DNA of 64,000 bases from assembly GCF_964213995.1 (NCBI RefSeq), contig NC_135801.1:175894001-175958000 (forward strand). The letters run 5' to 3'. This document shows, in pieces, positions 54,400 through 64,000 of this stretch (the first letter of the stretch is position 1; each line of letters begins with the position of its first letter). The translations under genes and the position numbers were made by a program. The notes beneath the pieces were generated by a model that was not told where the DNA came from, did no database searches, and saw only the letters and a program-made list of their open reading frames with translations. This DNA comes from Mustelus asterias (Eukaryota).

Positions 54400-55339
54400 G
54401 GAAAACCAACTTCAAGGGGGGTAAGAATAGATCTGGGCCAATTAAAATTGGAGCCAAAGACTGGCAGGAAAAATAATAGCTGAACAACGGGCTTTCTTCA
54501 GAGAATAGGTGATTCGGGCAGAGTCAAAACGGAAAGGTAGGGCAAACAAATCCAGGGCTCCCTGGATCATAAAGAATATGGTTGTAAATTGGGAGAGGGG
54601 AGTGTGCAGCGGGATCTGGGTGTCCTTGTGCACCAGTCACAGAAGGTAAGAATGCAGGTGCAGCAGGCGGTAAAGAAGGCAAATGGCATGTTGGCCTTCA
54701 TTGCGAGAGGTTTCAAATACAGGAGCAGAGATGTGTTGTTGCAATTATACAGGGCCTTGGTGAGGCCACACCTAGAGTATTGTGTGCAGTTTTAGTCTCC
54801 TTTTCTGAGGAAGGATGTTCTTGCTCTCGAGGGAGTGCAGCGAAGGTTTACCAGGCTGATTCCGGGGATGGCGGGACTGATGTATGAGGAGAGATTGACT
54901 AGGTTAGGATTGTTTTTGCTTGAGTTCAGATGAATGAGGGGGGGATCTCATAGAGACTTATAAAATTCTACCAGTACCAGACAGGATAGATGCGGGGAGG
55001 ATATTCCCGATGGTGGGGCAGTCCAGAATCAGGGGTCACAATCTGAGGATTCAGGGTAGACCATTTAGGACAGAGGTGAGGAAACATTTCTTCACCCAAA
55101 GAGTGGTGAGCCTGTGGAATTCATTACCACAGGAAGTAGTTGATGCCAAAACATTGAATGTATTCAAGAGGCGGCTGGATATAGCACTTGGGGGCGAATG
55201 GGATCAAAGGTTATGGGGAAAAAGCTGAATTAGGCTATTGAGTTGGATGATCAGTCATGATCGTAATGAATGGCGATGCAGGCTTGAAGGACCAAATGGC
55301 CTCCTCCTGCTCCTATCTTCTTTGTTTCTATGTTTCTAT
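54400..55339 (+). mobile_element. Degenerate CR1 fragments
   Basis: VQRDLGVLVH..RPHLEYCVQF and FFTQRVV motifs. Confidence 0.85.
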
Positions 55340-55607
55340 AGAAGAGGAAATAAAGAAGAAAAAGTGTTCTTATGACAGGTGTCAGGTAGTAAATACAATT
55401 GAGAACCAGGCTGAAAACAGAGGGTTCAGAGAGAGGTGAAGACGTAGATAAGAGAAGCAAAGAGAGGGTATAAAAAGAGGCTGGCAGCTAATATAAAATG
55501 AAATACCAAAGGGATCTATATGCATAGATAATAAAAGGGTGGTAAAAGGAGTATCGCCTGTAGGGACCCAAAAGATGATTTTCACATGGACGCAGAAGTT
55601 TCTTTAA

Positions 55608-56195
55608 CAAAGAACAAAGAAGAAAATTACAACACAGGAACAGGCCCTTTGGCCCTCCAAGCCTGCACTGACCATGCTGCCCAACTGAACTAAAACCCGC
55701 TACCCTTCCGGGGACCATATCCCTCTATTCCCATCCTATTCATGTATTTATCCAGATGCCCCTTAAAAGTCACTGCCGTATCCACTTCCACTACCTCCCC
55801 CAGCAGCAAGTTCCAGGCACCCACCACCTTCTGTGTAAAAAACTTGCCTCGCACATCTGCTTTAAACCTTGCCCCTCGCACCTTAAACCTATGCCCCCTA
55901 CCAATTGATTCTTCCACCCTGGGAAAAAGCAAAGAACAAAGAGACAAAGAACAATACAGCACAGGAACAGGCCCTTCGGCCCTCCAAGCCTGCACCGATC
56001 ATGTGTTCCTAACTAGACCATCCATTTGTATCCTTCTATTCCCAGCTTCTGACTATCCACTCTGTCCATGCCTCTCATGATCTTGTAGACTTCTATCAGG
56101 TCTCCCCTCAACCTCTGTCGTTCCAATGGGAACAAACCAAGTTTCTCCAACCTCTCCTCATAGCTAATGCCCTCCGTACCAGGCAACACCCTCTC
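55608..56195 (-). mobile_element. CR1 3' fragments, with one 3' end nested in another
   Basis: RLEKLGLF..RGDLIEVYK and FFTQKVV; two CR1-type tails at about 55608 and 55928. Confidence 0.8.
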
Positions 56196-56771
56196 CAAAA
56201 CCTCCAAGAAAGAAGATGCCACCCAGGCCATGGTAAAAGGTGAAGTAATTCCGACAATGCTAGATGGGTTAAAAATTGAAGAGGAGGAGATATTGAATAG
56301 GTTATTTGCACTTAAGGTTGATAAACAAAGGGTACAACTCTAAAGGGAGTGTGGAGCAGAAGAAAGTGGGTGTATATGTGCATACGTTTTTGAAGATGGT
56401 AGGAAAGGTTGAGAGAATGGTTAATAAATTATATAATTTAATAAATAATATCCTGAGTTTTATTAGTATGTGCATAGAGTAAAGAGTAAGGAGGTTATGT
56501 TGAATCTGCTGGGGTATTGCGTCCTGTTCTGAGCACCACAAAAGACAATGTAACCATTGCCCCTTGACGTGCAATGATATTACCATCACCGAATCCCCCA
56601 CTATCAACACTGACCAGGAACTGAACTGGGTTCGCCATATAAATATTGTGGCTACAGGAGCAGGTCAGATTCTGGGAATTCCTGACTCTCCAAAGTCTGC
56701 CCACCATCGACAAGGCAGGAGTGTGCCCTCTTGAAAGGGCTAAAAGGGATAGCTCCAGCTTAATTAAGAAA

Positions 56772-57327
56772 TGTAACAATAAGAGTTGTAGCAAAGTACA
56801 ATATAGTTTTACCTTCCTTAAACAAGCGATATAACAAGGTACAATATGGGCAAATCAGCAGACGTTGCAATAGAAATAGAAGGGTCTTGTCAATAACAAC
56901 GGAAACCGCAGGTCAGCAGGAGTCAGGAAGGTTATCTCGAGCACAGAGTAGAATGAGGAACTGAGACAAACAGTTGTCTTGTTTGGATGACAGCCAAGGC
57001 AACTAACACCGCAGTGGTCAAAAGAGGCTTCGAATAGAAGGTAACCAAGACTGCACAATCAGTGAACAAAGGTGGAAAGCAATAAGACTATAGCTGAATG
57101 TAAGTAAAAATGTGAAACTAATAACGGATGAACAGGAGACACCTGGTCAGCGGTTGATAAAAATGGAATTGGGTAATGGGGGGTCTGCGCGACTAGAAGT
57201 GTATTAAAGAGGTGAAATATTGTAATGAGCAGGGTTCTGTTTTAGGCTGTCTGACGCTTTCCCTGTGTTTATTTGAATAAACAATCGATTGACCTGATCC
57301 TGAGTGTCTGAGCAGTTTGTTGTTACA
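56772..57327 (+). mobile_element. Probable solo LTR
   Basis: TGTAACAA...TTGTTACA inverted termini and AATAAA about 50 bp from the 3' end; no clear TSD. Confidence 0.55.
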
Positions 57328-58122
57328 ATACTCCCCACTTGCCTGGATGAGCACAGCTCCAACAACACTCAAGAACCTTGACACTCTCCAGGGGAAATGA
57401 GCCTACTTCAGTGACACCCCATCCAACACTTCAAACATTTGCTCTCTCCACCACTGATACATTATAGCAGCAGTGTGTACCGTCTAGAAGATGCACCGCA
57501 GCAACTCCCCAAGCTTTCTTCATCAGCACCTTCCAAATCTGCCTTCTCCACCACCTAAAAGGACAAGGGTAGCAGATGTTTGGGAATGCCACCACCTGCA
57601 AGGTCTCCTCCAAGCCCCACTCTGTCCTGACTTGGAAATATATTGCCTTCACTGTCGCTGGGTCAAATTCATGGAACTCCGTCCCTAACAGCACTGTGGG
57701 AGTACCTACACAGCAGGGACTGCAGCTGTTCAAGAAGGCAGGTCACTGCAACCTTCCTAAGGCAACTAGGGGTAGTCAGGTGGCACAGTGGTTCGCACTG
57801 TGGCATCACAGTGCCAGGGACCCAGGTTCGATTCCCAGCTTGGGTCACTCTCTGTGTGGAGTCTGCACGTTCTCCCCTTGACTGTGTGGGTTTCCTCTGA
57901 GTGCTCCGGTTTCCTTCCACACTCCAAAAGACGTGGTTAGATGCATTGGCCATGCTATATTCTCCCTCAGAGTAGCTGAACAGGCGCCAGAGTGTCGTGA
58001 CTAGGGGATTTTCACAGTAACTTCGTTGCAGTGTTAATGTAAGCCTACTTGTGACACTAATAAACTTTTCAATGAATGCTGGCCTTGGTAGTAATGCCAC
58101 ATTCTGTGAAAGAATAAATAAA
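57328..58122 (+). mobile_element. Old LINE (L2/CR1-group) 3' end, interrupted by a SINE
   Basis: YSPLAWMS.APTTLKNLD coding remnant. Its 3' tail (AATGCTGGCC..GCCACAT) is shared with old SINEs at about 24180-24535, 30455-30790, 46180-46550 and 52790-52960. Confidence 0.6.
57778..58066 (+). mobile_element. HE1-type SINE, tail B
   Basis: Matches the other copies. Confidence 0.85.
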
Positions 58123-58136
58123 AGCTATTTACAATC

Positions 58137-58434
58137 TGATGCGCGATATAACACACGAGAGGCGTGATGTACTCGGGAAATAAAGGCTTTTATTGCCAAC
58201 AATAACAGAGCTACCATATACAGTACACGATCCCAGACTAAAGGGTCACCAGGCAGAGCAGTGACCTTTATACCTGTCCCAGGAGGCGGAGCCGACTGGG
58301 GTGTACCATAACAACTATATTAACAGGTAGAACAGCCCAACCCTAACCCCAACAGTAACATATATACAGACTCATAGTACTGGCCAGACCATGGCTCAGC
58401 ACTACCTAGTGGGAGCCAACAATGGTTCACCACA
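58137..58434 (-). mobile_element. Solo LTR (298 bp)
   Basis: TG...CA termini and 5-bp CAATC duplication (58132-58136 and 58435-58439); TATA-like and AATAAA motifs on the minus strand. Confidence 0.8.
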
Positions 58435-58603
58435 CAATCTATATCAATAATTTAGATGAAGAGACAGATAAACGTATTTCAATTTGCTGATGACACAAAG
58501 CTAGGTGGAAAGATAAGCTTTGGAGAAGGCACAGCGGGGCTACAAAGAGATATAGACAGGTTAAGTGAATGGTCAACAAGATGGCAGATGGAGTATAATG
58601 TAT

Positions 58604-58892
58604 GGGTGGCACCGTAGCACAGTGGTTAGCACTGCTGCTTCACAGCACCAGGGACCCGGATTCGATTCCCGGCTTGGGTCACTGTGTGTGTGGAGTTTGT
58701 ACGTTCTCCCCGTGTCTGCGTGGGTTTCCTCTGGGTGCTCCAGTTTCTTCTGAAAGACATGCTGGTTAGGTGCATTGACCCGAATAGGCGCTGTAGTGTG
58801 GCGACTAGGGGAATTCCACAGTAACTTCATTGCAGTGTTAATGTAAGCCTTACTTGTGACTAATAAATAAACTTTAAACTTTACTTTACTTT
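58604..58892 (+). mobile_element. HE1-type SINE, tail B
   Basis: Matches the other copies. Confidence 0.85.
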
Positions 58893-59749
58893 AATGTTGG
58901 GAAGTGTGAAGTTATTCACTTTGGTCGTAAGCATAGAAAAGGGACCAGTACAAACTGGACATGTTGCTCTTGGGCAGGACTGGGACTAGTGTCCTGGGGT
59001 GAGTATTTGTTGGTGTGGTTATGGAGGGTGTAAACTATCATAACAGGGGGAAGAGAACCCAAGCAGGGTGACAAAGGAAAAACGAACAAGGACAGCAATA
59101 AAAGAACAGTATGTTGCACTTGAATCGGGTCAACTGATGCCATGGACGCTCAAACTCTCGAATTATTGTACAACAAATCTCCTTTATTGTACTTTCAATG
59201 ACCAGAAACTTACAGGAGGTATCAAGCTTGGCTTTACACAAAGTATTTAACCTCGGTGTTTAATTTATTATACACAATGTAACTGACATCTCAATTATTT
59301 TGTTATACACTGACCTACTTCATTTTAAATAAAGTTTTCAAAAGGTATCAAAACTTCATAAAATATCAAAACTCATGCCCTGGACTTAGAGATACTGCCC
59401 ATGGCAAGGCAAACGGATAAGATTCCATCCTGATGGGCTTTGTTCTGTTGTCTCTGTGTCCCAGGCTCTGGGTCTTGCTTCTTCTTTGACTTAACCCTGG
59501 GTTATTGCTGCCGATGTCTCTTTGCCTCTTCTTGTGCGTTGGGCTGGGGCCTGCGGAGATGCTCGGCTGAATGCTGTTGCTCCCATCGGGATGTTGGGTG
59601 CTATTTTTCAAGGCAGGTAAATGCACAAAAATTTCTTTAATTTCTGGCAACCAGAATTTCATAGCTTTCCGCTGCTGATCAGAAGTTATGGACCAATATT
59701 TCATTAGAGGCAGTTCACAGAAGGTTCACGAGGATGATCCCCAAAATGG

Positions 59750-62047
59750 AGGATTTCCTGACACAATATGTGGATAGGCCGACAAGAGGTGAGGCCACAT
59801 TGGATTTGGTAATGGGAAATGAACCGGGCCAAGTGATAGATTTGGTTGTGGGAGAACACTTTGGAGATAGTGACCACAATTCGGTGTCTTTTGTTATTGC
59901 AATGGAGAGGGATAGGACCGTACGGCAGGGCAAGGTTTATAATTGGGGAGAGGTAATTATGATGCGATTAGGCAAGAATTAGGGGGCATAAGATGGGAAC
60001 AGAAACTGTCAGGGAAAGGCACTAATGAAAAGTGGAACTTTTTCAAGGAACAAATACTGGGTGTCCTTGATAGGTATGTCCCTGTCAGGCAGGGAGGAAA
60101 TATCCGAGTGAGGGAACCATGGTTCACAAAAGAGGTGGAATGTCTTGTAAAAAGGAAGAGGGAAGCTTATGTAGGGATGAGGAAACAAGGTTCAGATGGC
60201 TCGATTGAGGGTTACAAGTTAGCAAGGAATGAGCTGAAAAAGGGGCTTAGAAGAGCTAGGAGGGGGCATGAGAAGTCCTTGGCGGGTCGGATCAAGGAAA
60301 ACCCCAAGACTTTTTACTCTTATGTGAGGAATAAAAGAATGACCAGGGTGAGGTTCGGGTCGGTCAAGGACAGTAGTGGGAACTTGTGTATGGAGTCAGG
60401 AGAGATAGGAGAGGAGATGAATGAATACTTTTCTTCAGTGTTCACCAAGGAGAGGGGCCATGTTTTTGAGGAAGAGAAGGGGTTACAGGCTAATAGGCTG
60501 GAGGAAATAGATGTTCGGAGGGAGGATGTGCTGGCAGTTTTGAATAAACTGAAGGTCAATAAGTTCCCTGGGCCTGATGAAATAATTCCTAGGATTCTTT
60601 GGGAGGCAAGGGATGAGATTGCAGAGCCTTTGGCTTTGATCTTTGGGTCCTCACTGTCTACGGGGATAGTGCCAGAGGACTGGAGAGTGGCGAATGTTGT
60701 TCCTCTGTTTAAGAAAGGGAATAGAAATTAATTATAGGCCGGTTAGTCTTACTTCGGTGGTTGGTAGGTTGATGGGAAAGGTCCTCAGGGATGGGATTTA
60801 CGACCATTTAGAAAGATGCAGATTAATCCGGGATAGTCAGCACGGATTTGTGAAGGGCAAGTCGTGCCTCACAAATTTGAAAGAATTTTTTGAGGAGGTA
60901 ACTAAGTGTGTTGATGAGGGTAGGGCAGTTGATGTCATATACATGGATTTTAGTAAGGCGTTTGATAAGGTTCCCCATGGTCGGCTTATGATGAAAGTAA
61001 GGAGGTGTGGGATAGAGGGAAAGTTGGCTGATTGGACAGGTAGCTGGCTATCTGATCGAAGTCATGGTGTGGAGATGCCGGCGTTGGACTGGGGTCCGAA
61101 AGCTTGTGTGGCTTTTGCTACCAAATAAACCTATTGGACTTTAACCTGGTGTTGTTAAACTTCTTACTATCTGATCGAAGACAGAGGGTGGTGGTGGATG
61201 GAAAATTTTTGGACTGGAGGCAGGTTGCTAGCGGAGTGCCACAGGGATCAGTGCTTGGTCCTCTGCTCTTTGTGATTTTTATTAATGACTTAGAGGAGGG
61301 GGTTGAAGGGTGGATTAGTAAATTTGCTAATAATACCAAGATTGGTGGAGTAGTGGATGAGGTGGAGGGCTGTTATAGACTGCAAAGAGACATAGAGAGG
61401 ATGCAAAGCTGGGCTGAAAAATGGCAGATGGAGTTTAACCCTGATAAATGTGAGGTGATTCATTGTGGTAAAACTAATTTAAATGTGGATTACAGGGTCA
61501 AAGGTAGGGTTCTGAAGACTGTGGAGGAACAGAGAGATCTTGGGGTCCATATCCACAGATCTCTGAAGGTTGCCACTCAAGTGGATAGGTCTGTGAAGAA
61601 GGCCTATAGTCTGTTAGCTTTTATTAACAGGGGGTTGGAGTTTAAGAGCCGTGGGGTTATGCTGCAACTGTACAGGACCTTGGTGAGACCACATTTGGAA
61701 TATTGTGTGCAGTTCTGGTCACCTCACTATAAGAAGGATGTGGAAGTGCTGGAAAGAGTGCAGAGGAGATTTACCAGGATGCTGCCTGGTTTGGAGGGTA
61801 GGTCTTATGAGGAAAGGTTGAGGGAGCTAGGGCTGTCCTCTCTGGAGTGGAGGAGGCTGAGGGGAGACTTAACAGAGGTTTATAAAATGATGAAGGGGAT
61901 AGATAGAGTGTACGTTCAAAGACTATTTCCTCGGGTGGATGGAGCTATTACAAGGGGGCACAACTATAGGGTTCATGGTGGGAGATATAGGAAGGATGTC
62001 CGAGGTAGATTCATTACTCAGAGAGTGGTTGGGGTGTGGAGTCAGAC
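59750..62047 (+). mobile_element. CR1 LINE ORF2, frameshifted, with a nested Penelope mini-insertion
   Basis: ORFs 59734-59982, 59943-60731, 60694-61128 and 61104-62051. Confidence 0.93.
61062..61166. mobile_element. Penelope-like mini-insertion inside CR1
   Basis: CTATCTGATCGAAG duplication (61048-61061 and 61167-61180). Confidence 0.8.
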
Positions 62048-64000
62048 ATAAGAACATAAGAACATAAGAAATAGGAGCAGGAGTAGGCCATCTAGCCCCT
62101 CGAGCCTGCCCCGCCATTCAATAAGATCATGGCTGATCTGACGTGGATCAGTACCACTTACCCGCCTGATCCCCATAACCCTTAATTCCCTTACCGATCA
62201 GGAATCCATCCATCCGCGCTTTAAACATATTCAGCGAGGTAGCCTCCACCACCTCAGTGGGCAGAGAATTCCAGAGATTCACCACCCTCTGGGAGAAGAA
62301 GTTCCTCCTCAACTCTGTCTTAAACCGACCCCCCTTTATTTTGAGGCTGTGTCCTCTAGTTTTAACTTCCTTACTAAGTGGAAAGAATCTCTCCGCCTCC
62401 ACCCTATCCAGCCCCCGCATTATCTTATAAGTCTCCATAAGATCCCCCCTCATCCTTCTAAACTCCGAGTACAAACCCAATCTCCTCAGCCTCTCCTCAT
62501 AATCCAAACCCCTCATCTCCGGTATCAACCTGGTGAACCTTCTCTGCACTCCCTCCAATGCCAATATATCCTTCCTCATATAAGGGGACCAATACTGCAC
62601 ACAGTATTCCAGCTGCGGCCTCACCAATGCCCTGTACAGGTGCATCAAGACATCCCTGCTTTTATATTCTATCCCCTTCGCAATATAGGCCAACATCCCA
62701 TTTGCCTTCTTGATCACCTGTTGTACCTGCAGACTGGGCTTTTGCGTCTCATGCACAAGGACCCCCAGGTCCCTTTGCACGGTAGCATGTTTTAATTTGT
62801 TTCCATTGAGATAGTAATCCCATTTGTTATTATTTCCTCCAAAGTGTATAACCTCGCATTTATCAACGTTATACTCCATTTGCCATATCCTCGCCCACTC
62901 ACTCAGCCTGTCCAAATCTCTCTGCAGATCTTCTCCGTCCTCCACACGATTCACTTTTCCACTTATCTTTGTGTCGTCTGCAAACTTCGTTACCCTACAC
63001 TCCGTCCCCTCCTCCAGATCATCTATATAAATGGTAAATAGTTGCGGCCCGAGTACCGATCCCTGCGGCACGCCACTAGTTACCTTCCTCCAACCGGAAA
63101 AACACCCATTTATTCCGACTCTTTGCTTCCTGTCGGATAGCCAGTCCCCAATCCACTTTAACACACTACCCCCAACTCCGTGTGCCCTAATCTTCTTCAG
63201 TAGCCTTTTATGGGGCACCTTATCAAACGCCTTTTGGAAATCCAAAAACACCGCATCCACCGGTTCTCCTCCATCAACCGCCCTAGTCACATCTTCATAA
63301 AAATCCAACATGTTCGTCAAGCACGACTTTCCCCTCATGAATCCATGCTGCGTCTGATTGATCGAACCATTTCTATCCAGATGCCCTGCTATCTCCTCTT
63401 TAATAATGGATTCCAGCATTTTCCCTATTACAGACGTTAAGCTGACCGGCCTATAGTTACCCGCCTTTTGTCTCCTTCCTTTTTTAAACAGCGGCGTAAC
63501 ATTAGCCGTTTTCCAATCAACCGGCACTACCCCAGAATGCAACGAGTTTTGATAAATAATCACTAACGCATCCACTATTACTTCTGACATTTCTTTCAAT
63601 ACCCTGGGATGCATTCCATCCGGACCCGGGGACTTATCCACCTTCAGTCCCATTAGTCTACCCAGCACTGCCTCTCTGGTAACATTAATTGTATTAAGTA
63701 TTTCTCCTGCTGCCAACCCTCTATCGTTAATATTTGGCAAACTATTTGTGTCCTCCACCGTGAAGACCGACACAAAAAACTTATTTAAAGACTCAGCCAT
63801 ATCCTCATTTCCCACTATTAACTCCCCCCTCTCGTCCTCCAAGGGTCCAACATTCACTCTAGCCACTCTATTCCTTTTTATATATTTATAAAAACTTTTA
63901 CTATCATTTTTTATATTAGTTGCTAGCCTAGCTTCATAGTCTATCCTTCCTTTCTTTATCGCTTTCTTAGTCTCTCTTTGTTGTTTCTTAAATTTTTCCC
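62046..64000 (-). mobile_element. Young CR1 LINE with long RT ORF, running off the window
   Basis: 572-aa ORF at 62148-63866 and (TTCTTATG)n tail. Confidence 0.95.

Noticed and set aside
58945-59730. Unclassified block as a discrete element or gene
   Set aside because: No termini, TSD or recognisable coding motif could be established.

Overview
Repeat-dense vertebrate DNA, almost certainly from a shark or other elasmobranch: it carries HE1-type V-SINEs and CR1/HER1-type LINEs with (GTTCTAT)n tails. One host gene could be reconstructed by hand. It is a 5-exon, minus-strand CD8B-like T-cell co-receptor (19568->5840, 215 aa) with leader, Ig V domain with germline-joined J-like FGAG motif, basic stalk, TM, and a cytoplasmic tail containing CPH. 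The rest is mostly mobile DNA: more than 10 CR1 LINE fragments (two nearly identical, several with long ORF2 stretches), about 19 HE1-type SINEs with two different 3' tails, Rex1-like and other old LINE/SINE pieces, 2-3 solo LTRs, and 8 small Penelope-like insertions with target-site duplications, some carrying minimal hammerhead ribozyme motifs. The most unusual items are (i) an intronless RPL39 copy just inside the terminal inverted repeat of a Harbinger-type DNA element, (ii) a U2-snRNA-derived SINE-like element, (iii) fold-back Penelope mini-elements with hammerheads, and (iv) CD8B peculiarities (CxH tail, polybasic stalk, octamer promoter, near-identical CR1 repeats flanking the TM and tail exons). 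All calls are by-eye reading with no database searches; TE boundaries are approximate.
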